Source of the DNA: an uncultured Gemmatimonadaceae bacterium
Lineage (GTDB): Bacteria > Gemmatimonadota > Gemmatimonadetes > Gemmatimonadales > Gemmatimonadaceae
DNA: 64,000 nt
Reading direction: 5' to 3'
Assembly: GCA_963716745.1 (NCBI GenBank)
Contig: OY970320.1
Span: 2,848,001-2,912,000 of the forward strand
In this document: piece after piece, positions 55,336 to 64,000 of the stretch
How positions within the stretch are numbered: the first letter of the stretch is position 1
Layout of the letters: each line of letters opens with the position of its first letter
Program-made: the position numbers and the translations under genes
The notes under the pieces: generated by a model
The model's database searches: none
Told to the model about the DNA's origin: nothing
The model's input: the letters and a program-made list of their open reading frames with translations, nothing else

Positions 55336-56619
55336 ATGTTCGACAAGAAAACTCGCACCGTCGTCGTGGTCGGCGCGCAGTGGGGCGACGAAGGGAAGGG
55401 CAAACTCGTCGACGTGATCGCCGAGCGCGCGGACTGGGTCGTGCGCTACCAGGGCGGCGCGAACGCCGGGCACACCGTCAAGATCGGTGACCGCCAGTTC
55501 GTCCTCCATCAGATCCCGAGCGGCATCCTGCATCCCGGCGTGCGCTGCGCGATCGGGAACGGCGTCGTGCTCGATCCCGAAACGCTGTTCACCGAGATCG
55601 ACGAGCTCGTCGCCGACGGCGTGGATGTCGAGGGCCGACTCTATGTGAGCGACCGCGCGCATCTCGTGCTGCCGTACCACAAACTGGTGGACGGCGAGAG
55701 CGCCGCGAGCAAGGCGATCGGCACCACCGGGCGCGGCATCGGCCCCGCCTACGAGGACAAGATCGCGCGCCGCGGCGTGCGCGTGCTCGATCTGCGCCAT
55801 CCCGAGCAGCTGCACAAGCTGGTCGAAGGCGGCATCGCGCACGCGAACGCGCAACTCGCGGCGTTCGGCAGCGCGATGCGCGCGAGCATCGACGAGACCG
55901 TGGAGATGCTCGAGCGTCTCGCGCCGCGGCTGCTGCCGCTCGCCGACGACATCGGGCTCGCGGTGAGCCGCGCGCAGAAGTCGGGTGCCGCCGTGCTGCT
56001 CGAGGGCGCGCAGGGTTCGCTGCTCGATGTCGATCACGGCACGTATCCGTTCGTCACGTCGAGCAGCACCACGAGCGGCGGTGCGGCGATCGGCGTGGGC
56101 ATCGCGCCGCGCTCGCTCGACGCGGTGCTCGGCGTCGTGAAGGCGTACACCACGCGCGTGGGCAACGGCCCGCTCCCGACGGAGCTTGACGAGCCGCTCG
56201 CGAGCCAGGTGCGCAAGCTCGGCAACGAGTTCGGCGCGACCACCGGCCGGCCGCGGCGCTGCGGCTGGTTCGACGCGGTAGTGGTGCGCTACGCCGCGCG
56301 CGTGAACGGACTCACCGGTCTCGCGGTCACCAAGCTCGACGTGCTCGACACTCTCGACAAACTCGGCATCTGCACTGCGTACGAAGTGAAAGGCGAGCGA
56401 CACGAGGAATTCCCCGGCGATCTCATGATGCTGGAGGGCGCAAAGCCCGTGTACGAATGGTTCGACGGCTGGAAGAAATCCACCGCCGGCGCCCGCAAGA
56501 TGGCCGACCTGCCGCCGGCGGCGCGCAAGTACCTCGACCGGATGCGCGAACTCGCCGCGACCCCCATCACATACGTGAGCGTGGGCACCAACCGCGATCA
56601 GATCATCGGCGTCGATTGA
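55336..56619 (+). CDS. purA: Adenylosuccinate synthetase
   Basis: QWGDEGKGK, GGANAGHT, GTTGRGIGPAY, GATTGRPRRCGW. Confidence 0.99.
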   Translation: MFDKKTRTVVVVGAQWGDEGKGKLVDVIAERADWVVRYQGGANAGHTVKIGDRQFVLHQIPSGILHPGVRCAIGNGVVLDPETLFTEIDELVADGVDVEGRLYVSDRAHLVLPYHKLVDGESAASKAIGTTGRGIGPAYEDKIARRGVRVLDLRHPEQLHKLVEGGIAHANAQLAAFGSAMRASIDETVEMLERLAPRLLPLADDIGLAVSRAQKSGAAVLLEGAQGSLLDVDHGTYPFVTSSSTTSGGAAIGVGIAPRSLDAVLGVVKAYTTRVGNGPLPTELDEPLASQVRKLGNEFGATTGRPRRCGWFDAVVVRYAARVNGLTGLAVTKLDVLDTLDKLGICTAYEVKGERHEEFPGDLMMLEGAKPVYEWFDGWKKSTAGARKMADLPPAARKYLDRMRELAATPITYVSVGTNRDQIIGVD

Positions 56620-57596
56620 TGATCGATGTCGCGATCGTAGGCGCCGGGCCATGCGGCCTCGCGGCGGCGATCGCGGCCGAGCGCGCGGGACTGCACGCGG
56701 TGACGTTCGACAGTTCGTGCATCGTGAGCGGGATCTACGGATATCCCACCGATCTGATCTTCTTCTCGACGCCGGAGAAGCTGGAGATCGGTGGCGTGCC
56801 ATTCGTGAGTGCCGGTGAACGGCCCACGCGACAGGAAGGACTCGCATACTATCGCAGCGTCGCGTCGCAATTCGCTCTCGAGCTGCGCCAGTACGAGACC
56901 GTCGAGCGCATCGAGCGGGACGGAGACGGATTCACGCTGCATACCCGTACGCTCGGCGGCGCGACGCACGTCGAACGCGCGGCGGCGGTGGTGATCGCGA
57001 CCGGATACTTCGGCCGCCCCGTACGGCTCGGCGTGCCCGGCGAGGATCGCGCGCACGTGCTGCATTTCTATCGCGAAGGTCACGCGGCGTTCGACCAGGA
57101 TGTCATAGTCGTGGGCGGCGCGAACTCAGCGGTGGAGGCGGCGCTCCTGCTCCAGCGCGGCGGCGCGCGCGTCACCATCGTGCACTATCACGGGGCGCTC
57201 GGCACGAACGTGAAGCCGTGGGTGCTGCCCGACATCACGGCGCGAATTGCGGATGGCTCCGTTCAGACGCGATTCGACTCGCGCGTTGCGAGCATCGAAG
57301 CGGAACACGTCGTGATCGCGGGGCCGCATGGCCCGGAGCGGTTGCCCGCGCGGCACGTATACCTCATGATCGGCTTCGAACCGAACACGGCACTGCTGGA
57401 GCAGCTCGGGGTGCCGATCGATGCGGAGACCGGCATTCCGCAGCACGATCCGGCCACAATGGAAACGAGCGTGCCCGGCGTGTTCATCGCCGGCGTGCTC
57501 ACGTCGGGCATCAAGGCCAACAGCACGTTCATCGAGAACGGCCGGCATCACGGCGACCTCATCGCGGCGCGACTCGCGCACGCGCACTCTCATTAA
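56619..57596 (+). CDS. ypdA: YpdA-family putative bacillithiol disulfide reductase
   Basis: [33 protein letters not shown]-like [13 protein letters not shown]. Confidence 0.85.
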   Translation: MIDVAIVGAGPCGLAAAIAAERAGLHAVTFDSSCIVSGIYGYPTDLIFFSTPEKLEIGGVPFVSAGERPTRQEGLAYYRSVASQFALELRQYETVERIERDGDGFTLHTRTLGGATHVERAAAVVIATGYFGRPVRLGVPGEDRAHVLHFYREGHAAFDQDVIVVGGANSAVEAALLLQRGGARVTIVHYHGALGTNVKPWVLPDITARIADGSVQTRFDSRVASIEAEHVVIAGPHGPERLPARHVYLMIGFEPNTALLEQLGVPIDAETGIPQHDPATMETSVPGVFIAGVLTSGIKANSTFIENGRHHGDLIAARLAHAHSH

Positions 57597-57606
57597 CGAA
57601 CCATCA

Positions 57607-58962
57607 ATGGCCGACACCAAGTATCCCGACGTCATGGAGAAGCTCGTGTCGCTGTGCAAGCGGCGCGGTTTCATCTTCCAAAGTTCCGAGATCTACGGTG
57701 GCACGGGAAGCGTGTGGGACTACGGTCCGCTCGGCGTCGAACTGAAGAAGAACATCAAGGACCGCTGGTGGAACGCGATGGTGCGTGCGCGCGACGACAT
57801 CGAAGGGCTCGACGCGGCGATCCTGATGAATCCCAAGGTGTGGGAGGCGAGCGGCCACGTGAGCGGGTTCGTCGATCCGCTCGTGGAATGCCGACAGTGC
57901 AAGAAGCGCTTCCGCGCCGACGATCCGAAGATCAAGGGCACGCCTGGCGAACCGGATGCGCAGTGTCCGAGCTGCGGCACCAAGGGTTCGCTCGGCGCGC
58001 CGCGGCTGTTCAACCTGATGTTCAAGACGTTCATGGGCCCGGTGGAGGACACCGCGGCCGTGGTGTACCTGCGCCCCGAGACGGCGCAGGGGATCTATGT
58101 GAACTTCCTGAACGTGCAGCAGGCCACGCGACAGAAGGTGCCGTTCGGCATCGCGCAGATCGGCAAGGCGTTCCGCAACGAGATCACGCCCGGGAATTTC
58201 ATCTTCCGCACGCGCGAGTTCGAGCAGATGGAGATGCAGTTCTTCGTCGAGCCCGGCACCGACATGACGTGGTTCGAGTTCTGGAAGGCGGAGCGCATGA
58301 AGTGGCACCAGGAGCTTGGGCTCGCGCCGGAGCGGCTGAAGTTCCACCAGCACGAGAAGCACGAGCTGGCGCACTATGCGCGCGCGGCGTTCGACGTGCA
58401 ATTCGATTTCGGCGGCACGCTCGGCTTCCAGGAGATCGAGGGCGTGCACAATCGCGGCGACTTCGATCTCACCGCGCACCAGAATCTCTCGGGGAAGAAG
58501 CTGGAGTACTTCGACCAGCCGAACAACCGGCGATTCACGCCGTACGTGGTGGAGACGAGCGTGGGCGCCGACCGCACGACGCTCGCGGTGCTCGTGAACG
58601 CGTACCGCGAGGAGAAGGTGGAGGGCGAGGAGGAGGGCCGCACCGTGCTCGGCATCCATCCGTCGCTCGCGCCGATCAAGGCGGGCATCTTCCCGCTCGT
58701 GAAGAAGGACGGCATGCCGGAGATGGCGGAGAAGCTGGCGAAGGAGCTGCGTCCGCATTTCCCGGTGTTCTACGACGAGAGCGGCGCGATCGGGCGGCGG
58801 TACCGGCGTCAGGACGAGGTGGGCACGCCCTGGTGCATCACCGTGGACGGCGATTCCACGAAGGATGGCACGGTCACCATTCGCGACCGCGATTCGCTGC
58901 AGCAGGAACGTGTGCCGGCGGACAAGCTGCGCACGATCATCCTGGATCGGCTCACGAAGTGA
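57607..58962 (+). CDS. glyQS: Glycine--tRNA ligase, alpha2 (homodimeric) type
   Basis: [45 protein letters not shown]. Confidence 0.97.
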   Translation: MADTKYPDVMEKLVSLCKRRGFIFQSSEIYGGTGSVWDYGPLGVELKKNIKDRWWNAMVRARDDIEGLDAAILMNPKVWEASGHVSGFVDPLVECRQCKKRFRADDPKIKGTPGEPDAQCPSCGTKGSLGAPRLFNLMFKTFMGPVEDTAAVVYLRPETAQGIYVNFLNVQQATRQKVPFGIAQIGKAFRNEITPGNFIFRTREFEQMEMQFFVEPGTDMTWFEFWKAERMKWHQELGLAPERLKFHQHEKHELAHYARAAFDVQFDFGGTLGFQEIEGVHNRGDFDLTAHQNLSGKKLEYFDQPNNRRFTPYVVETSVGADRTTLAVLVNAYREEKVEGEEEGRTVLGIHPSLAPIKAGIFPLVKKDGMPEMAEKLAKELRPHFPVFYDESGAIGRRYRRQDEVGTPWCITVDGDSTKDGTVTIRDRDSLQQERVPADKLRTIILDRLTK

Positions 58963-60482
58963 GCTCCGCGGAATTGGACCGCCTGCGCCGAAACGGCGAG
59001 GCGATGAGCGTGGCGCTGTCTCGCGAGTTCTACGAGAGCGGGGCAGGGCTCAAAGGCACGGCGGAGCTGCAGCCGATTTACGCGAAGTATCCGAGAGTGC
59101 TCGGCGACGACGCGCTCGCGCAGGTGCGCGAGGCGTTCGCCGGCGCCGCCGAGGGCAGTGAAGAGAAGCGCGGTGCGCGCCTGCTGCTCGATTGGCAGGT
59201 GGAGGGGATGGTGTCGCGCGAACTCGCGGCGCTCGACGAGCGCGAGATCGCTTGGGAATCGAGCGCCAGCGTGACGCTGAGCGACGGGCGCATCGTTCCG
59301 TATCAACAGCTCTCGATCGACATCGCGAACACGATGGACCGTCGTGATCGCCTCGTGCTCGATCGCGCGCGATCGGCGATCGTGGCGAAGGAGCTCGCGC
59401 CAATGCGGCTCGAGCATTTCCAGCGCGAGACGGAACTCACGGCCAAGCTCGGCATCGGATCGAACTATGTGAGCACGTTCGTGGCGCTCTCGGGCGTCGA
59501 TCTCGCGGAATTGGCCGCGCAGTGCGCCAAGTTCCTGCGCGACACGCAGTCGATGTGGGACGACACCGTACGCGAGCGCGTGCGCGACAAGCTCGGCATC
59601 AAGATCAGCGAGGCTGTGCGCGCGGATGCGCTGGCGCTCATGCGCGTGCCGGAGTTCGACGCGTTCTTCCCGGGCGCGGGTCTCGAGAGCGTCGCGCGGC
59701 GCAACATGCAGGAGATGGGCGTCGATGCCGTGGCCGGCGGCCGAGTGGTGTTCGACACGGGCGACCGGGAAGGGAAGCGCTCGCGCGCCTTCTGCGCGCC
59801 GGTGCGGATCCCCGAGGAGGTCTATCTCGTCATGCGGCCGCACGGCGGGCAAACGGACTATGCGACCTTCATGCACGAGCTGGGGCACGCGCTGCACTTC
59901 GGCTACATGCGCGCCGACTATCCGTTCGAGTATCGGTGGCTCGGCGACAATTCCGTGACCGAGAGCTATGCGATGCTCTTCGACCATCTGATGCAGAACG
60001 CCGGCTGGCTACTGCGCTACACGTCGCTCACCAAAAAAGAACTGCCCGCATTCGAGCGTGCGGCGGGTTTCGAGGAACTGCAGTTCCTGCGGCGCTACTG
60101 CGGGAAGCTGTTGTACGAGATGGAATTGCACGGCGGTGAGCATTCATGGAATGCGCTGCCCGATCTCTACGTGCAGATCCTCACCGGCGCGACCTCGTTC
60201 CGCTACGACCCCGCCAATGCGTTCGTGGATGTGGACCCGCGATTCTATGCCGCGCGATATCTGCGCGCATGGCAGCTGCAGTCGGTGATCGGCGAATCGC
60301 TCGTCGAGCAGTTCAACGAAGATTGGTACCGGAATCCGAAGGCGGGGCCATGGATCGTGGGCAACTTGTACGCCGAAGGTCAGCGCGAGCTGGCGCACGA
60401 GCTGGCGTCGCGCGTGTCGGGGAAGGGGTTGTCGTTCGATCCGCTCGCGCGGAAGGTGGAGTCCCTGCTGTCGGCGGTCTGA
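58959..60482 (+). CDS. M3-like zinc metallopeptidase
   Basis: [14 protein letters not shown], downstream TESYA; GTG overlaps the glyQS stop. Confidence 0.75.
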   Translation: MSSAELDRLRRNGEAMSVALSREFYESGAGLKGTAELQPIYAKYPRVLGDDALAQVREAFAGAAEGSEEKRGARLLLDWQVEGMVSRELAALDEREIAWESSASVTLSDGRIVPYQQLSIDIANTMDRRDRLVLDRARSAIVAKELAPMRLEHFQRETELTAKLGIGSNYVSTFVALSGVDLAELAAQCAKFLRDTQSMWDDTVRERVRDKLGIKISEAVRADALALMRVPEFDAFFPGAGLESVARRNMQEMGVDAVAGGRVVFDTGDREGKRSRAFCAPVRIPEEVYLVMRPHGGQTDYATFMHELGHALHFGYMRADYPFEYRWLGDNSVTESYAMLFDHLMQNAGWLLRYTSLTKKELPAFERAAGFEELQFLRRYCGKLLYEMELHGGEHSWNALPDLYVQILTGATSFRYDPANAFVDVDPRFYAARYLRAWQLQSVIGESLVEQFNEDWYRNPKAGPWIVGNLYAEGQRELAHELASRVSGKGLSFDPLARKVESLLSAV

Positions 60483-60486
60483 CCGG

Positions 60487-60825
60487 CTAGGGATTCATTT
60501 TGGTCGTATCGGGCTTCGGCGCCGTGCCGACGACGCTGTCGAGTGCGGTCTTGTCGCCCTTCTCGTACAACTCGATGAGTTTCTCGCACTGCGGATCGCT
60601 CTCGGCCCAGCCGACATCGAAATGATACGCCTGCGAGCACCAGGTAAGCGGCGGAAGGCCCTTGGATTCGCGATCCGCGTTCGTCTGCTGGAGCTGCGCC
60701 ATGAACTGCTGGCGCTCCGCGTTGGTCTTGTGGACGTTGTAGGAGATGATGCTCCCGACGGCCACCGCGCGGCACGAGAGTGCTGGGGCGAGTGCGAGCA
60801 GGATGATCGCAATTCTGATGCGCAT
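60487..60825 (-). CDS. Small putative lipoprotein
   Basis: MRIRIAIILLALAPALS-C; GAGGA upstream; two further Cys residues. Confidence 0.5.
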   Translation of the reverse strand: MRIRIAIILLALAPALSCRAVAVGSIISYNVHKTNAERQQFMAQLQQTNADRESKGLPPLTWCSQAYHFDVGWAESDPQCEKLIELYEKGDKTALDSVVGTAPKPDTTKMNP

Positions 60826-60904
60826 GCGAGGTTTCCTCTGCAGATTGGAGTCTGACTCGGAGTAACGACGCACCGCGGGCCCCTCGTTGTCAAGGAAGAA
60901 TGTC

Positions 60905-62569
60905 ATGCGGAAGCTGATTCTCGCGATGCTCGTGGTGTGCAACGGGACCCTCGCCGCCCAGGCGCCCGCGCCCCAAACGATCAAGGGACTCGGCACGATC
61001 ACCTTCCCGACGTCCACGAAGAATGCCGCCGCGCAAACGGCGTTCATTCGCGGCGTGCTGCTGCTGCACATCTTCGAGTACCCCGATGCCGCCGCGAGTT
61101 TTCGCGAGGCGCAGACGCTCGACCCCGGATTCGCGATGGCCTATTGGGGCGAGGCCATGACGTACACGCACCCCGTGTGGAACGAACAGAACCTCGCCGG
61201 CGCACGCGCGGTGCTGCTCCGGCTCGGGCCGGATGCGGCGGCGCGGCGACCCAAGGCCGGCACGAAGCGCGAGATCATGTATCTCACGGCGGTCGAGACC
61301 CTGTATGGCGACGGACCGAAGGCGAAACGCGACACGCTTTACTCTGGCGCGATGCACCAACTGCTCCTCGCGTATCCGGCCGACGATGAGGCGCGTGCGT
61401 TCTATGCTCTCTCGCTGTTAGGCTTGAGCCAGGGCGTGCGCAATGTGCCCACATATCTTGCCGCCGGCGCGATGGCGGAGAGTGTCTTCGCCCGCAATCC
61501 GAAACATCCCGGCGCGGCGCACTACTGGATCCACGCGATGGATGACCCGGAGCACGCGCCCGGCGCGCTCACCGCCGCGCGTGCTCTCTCCGTGACCGCG
61601 CCGGACGCGGGGCACTCGCAGCACATGACCACGCACATCTTTCTCGCGATGGGAATGTGGAATGAGGTGGTGAGTCAGAACGAGATCGCGATCCGCGTGG
61701 TCGATTCGCTGCGGAAGACTCGGGGCCGGCCACCCGTGTCGTGCGGCCACTATTCGAGCTGGCTCGCATATGGCTACGGCATGCAGGGACGCCTCGATGC
61801 ATCGCAGAAGATGGTGCTAGCCTGCCGCACCGACGCGATGGGTGCGGCAGAGGCACCGCGCGCGACGCCGGATCCTGACAACTCATTGCGTGCATCGTTC
61901 ATCGCGATGTGGTCGCGCTATGTGCTCGACGCGACGCAATGGAACAGCGACGTCGTGCGGTGGTCTTTCGATCCGGGCAAGGATCCGGCGACGATCATGG
62001 AGTACCAATTCACCCGCGGCTACGCAGCGGCACAGCGCGGAGACATTGTCGTGGCCACCGCGGCGCTCGCTGCGTACGACAGCGCCGCAGACCTCTTCGA
62101 CGCCGCGCTCTCGCTCGAGAACGGCTCTGATCCCGAGACGCTCGAATTCGAGAAGGATGTGCGCGCGATGCGCCTCCAGCTTCAGGGACTCATCGCTGTG
62201 AAGAGCGGCGCCCTGGATTCCGGGATCGCGCTCATCCGCCGAGCCGTCGCGGTGGAGGACAGTACGGCCGCGGCGTTCGGACCGCCTTCGATCGATGAGC
62301 CATCCTGGGAATTGCTCGGCGAGCAGTGGCTTGCCGCCGGAAAGCCAATGAAGGCGAAGGATGCCTACCGCTTCGCGCTCTTGCGCGCGCCGCGCCGTAC
62401 GCCGGCGCTGCTCGGACTCGCGCGTTCGGCCAAGGCCGCGGGCGACAACGCGACCGCCGTGGCGACGTACAAGACGCTCGTGGCGATCTGGCACCAAGCC
62501 GATCCGGATCTCCCCGGGCTCGCCGAAGCGCGCGCCGGCGCGGTTGCCGCGGCTAGTACGCACCAATAA
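60905..62569 (+). CDS. Secreted TPR-like protein
   Basis: Signal peptide; DPGFAMAYWGEAM, HPGAAHYWIH, HSQHMTTHIF. Confidence 0.75.
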   Translation: MRKLILAMLVVCNGTLAAQAPAPQTIKGLGTITFPTSTKNAAAQTAFIRGVLLLHIFEYPDAAASFREAQTLDPGFAMAYWGEAMTYTHPVWNEQNLAGARAVLLRLGPDAAARRPKAGTKREIMYLTAVETLYGDGPKAKRDTLYSGAMHQLLLAYPADDEARAFYALSLLGLSQGVRNVPTYLAAGAMAESVFARNPKHPGAAHYWIHAMDDPEHAPGALTAARALSVTAPDAGHSQHMTTHIFLAMGMWNEVVSQNEIAIRVVDSLRKTRGRPPVSCGHYSSWLAYGYGMQGRLDASQKMVLACRTDAMGAAEAPRATPDPDNSLRASFIAMWSRYVLDATQWNSDVVRWSFDPGKDPATIMEYQFTRGYAAAQRGDIVVATAALAAYDSAADLFDAALSLENGSDPETLEFEKDVRAMRLQLQGLIAVKSGALDSGIALIRRAVAVEDSTAAAFGPPSIDEPSWELLGEQWLAAGKPMKAKDAYRFALLRAPRRTPALLGLARSAKAAGDNATAVATYKTLVAIWHQADPDLPGLAEARAGAVAAASTHQ

Positions 62570-62598
62570 CTTCGGTCGCACGACTCACTAGAGGCCGC

Positions 62599-64000
62599 AT
62601 GCGCACTGCAGGACCACTCTCGCTCGCGCTGTGTCTGAGCGCACTCGCCACCACCGTGAACGCACAGACCCCTGACTGGAACGCCGCCCGCGACGAGACC
62701 CTGCGGCATCTCCAGACGATGATCCGCATGAACACGTCGAATCCACCGGGCAACGAAATGCCGGTGGGGAAATACCTCGACAGCGTGCTCAAGGCCGAGG
62801 GGATCGAGACGCATCTCTTCGAGCCGGCGCCCGGCCGTGCGGCGTTCGTCGCGCGGCTCAAGGGGAACGGCTCCAAGCAGGCCGTGATCCTCATGGGACA
62901 CATGGACGTCGTGGGCATCGAGCGCGCGCATTGGACGGTCGATCCATTCGCCGCCGACATCAAGGACGGTTTCCTCTATGGCCGCGGCGCGATCGACGAC
63001 AAGGGAATGCTCGCCGCCAATCTCGAGACAATGCTGCTCCTCAAGCGCACGATAATCGACAAGGGTGGCACATTGTCGCGCGACGTGATCTTCATCGCGA
63101 ACTCCGACGAAGAAGCCGGCGGCGAGTTCGGCATGGGCTGGCTCATCGCGAATCATCCGGAGCTCGTGAAAGCGGAATTCGCGCTCAACGAAGGCGGCCG
63201 CACGCGCAACGTTGGCGGCAAGCCGCTCTATGTGGCGGTGCAGAACACCGAGAAGGTGCCCTACGGCGTCACGGTCACCGCGCATGGCCCCGGTGGCCAC
63301 GCGGCGATCCCGCTCGAGGGGAACGCGATCGCGCGACTCGGCCGCGCGCTCGCGGCGATCGGCGCGCACCAGGAACCGGTGGTGATGAAGCCCACCACGA
63401 AAGTTTTCTTCGGCGACCTCGGCGCGGTGTGGCCCGACAAGAAAGTCGGCAAGGCGATGCTCAATGTTTCGAGCGGGGACGCGAAGCGCGTCGCCGCCGG
63501 CGCCAAAGTGCTCTCGACGATCCCGGTGTTCAACGCGGTGATCCGGAACGGCATCTCGCCCACGCTGGTCACGGGCGGCATTCGCAGCAATGTGATCCCC
63601 ACCGAGGCGACCGCCACGCTCAACATTCGTAATCTGCCCGGCGAACCGATCGCGCCGGTGGTCGCGCGGCTCAGGGCGGCGGTGAACGACACCATGGTGG
63701 ATTTCGCCGTCGTCGATAGCGGCGTGGACACGCCCGCATCCAGCTTCACGACGCCAATGTTCACCGCGATCGCCGACGCGGTGAAGGAGCTCGACCCTAC
63801 AATGGTGACGGTGCCGTATCTCAGCACCGGCGCCACCGATAGCGCGCGTCTCCGCGCGCTCGGCATGCAGGCGTATGGCATCCTCCCGTTCCCGCTCGAT
63901 CAGAGCGACGAGGACCGCATGCACGGCAACGACGAACGGATCCCGCTCACGTCGCTCGCCTTCGGCACGAAACTGATCTACGGCGCCATGGTGCGCGTCA
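62599..64000 (+). CDS. M20/M25/M40 family metallopeptidase, secreted; 3'-truncated by window edge (missing from ORF track)
   Basis: Read from sequence: TSNPPGNE, GHMDVV, GRGAIDDKG, DEEAG, GATDS, HGNDER. Confidence 0.9.
   Translation, partial: MRTAGPLSLALCLSALATTVNAQTPDWNAARDETLRHLQTMIRMNTSNPPGNEMPVGKYLDSVLKAEGIETHLFEPAPGRAAFVARLKGNGSKQAVILMGHMDVVGIERAHWTVDPFAADIKDGFLYGRGAIDDKGMLAANLETMLLLKRTIIDKGGTLSRDVIFIANSDEEAGGEFGMGWLIANHPELVKAEFALNEGGRTRNVGGKPLYVAVQNTEKVPYGVTVTAHGPGGHAAIPLEGNAIARLGRALAAIGAHQEPVVMKPTTKVFFGDLGAVWPDKKVGKAMLNVSSGDAKRVAAGAKVLSTIPVFNAVIRNGISPTLVTGGIRSNVIPTEATATLNIRNLPGEPIAPVVARLRAAVNDTMVDFAVVDSGVDTPASSFTTPMFTAIADAVKELDPTMVTVPYLSTGATDSARLRALGMQAYGILPFPLDQSDEDRMHGNDERIPLTSLAFGTKLIYGAMVRV

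Noticed and set aside
57654..60482. 942-aa ORF as one large protein
   Set aside because: The first ~435 codons are an off-frame overlap of glyQS; the real gene starts at about 58959

Overview
High-GC bacterial chromosomal segment. The ribosomal-protein sequences, an alpha2-type GlyRS and the gene content suggest Gemmatimonadota (inference). About 1-25.8 kb is a run of accessory genes: MFS transporter, second YidC, desaturase, hydrolases, DipZ, M1 and M14 peptidases, and a Tat-exported GMC/sugar-isomerase cluster. About 25.9-45.5 kb is the str-S10-spc ribosomal cluster. It is split between rpsG and fusA by a secreted glutaminase plus a K+ channel gene, and it stops after map with no infA/rpmJ/alpha operon. 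About 45.6-64 kb holds housekeeping genes (ftcD, trpS, purA, ypdA-like, glyQS, peptidases). More than ten genes, including tuf, rpsH and adk, carry small indels that most likely are long-read errors. I saw no rRNA, tRNA, CRISPR array, transposase or integrase. The most notable signals are non-coding: (1) several families of periodic (7-, 9-, 14-, 21-bp unit) palindromic elements just after stop codons, including inside the ribosomal operon and as in-frame heptamer runs within coding sequences; (2) a hairpin upstream of rpsH that closely mimics the S8-binding site of 16S rRNA helix 21; (3) a structured leader with its own promoter in front of fusA; (4) a recurring -10 box exactly 7 nt before start codons, suggesting leaderless genes.
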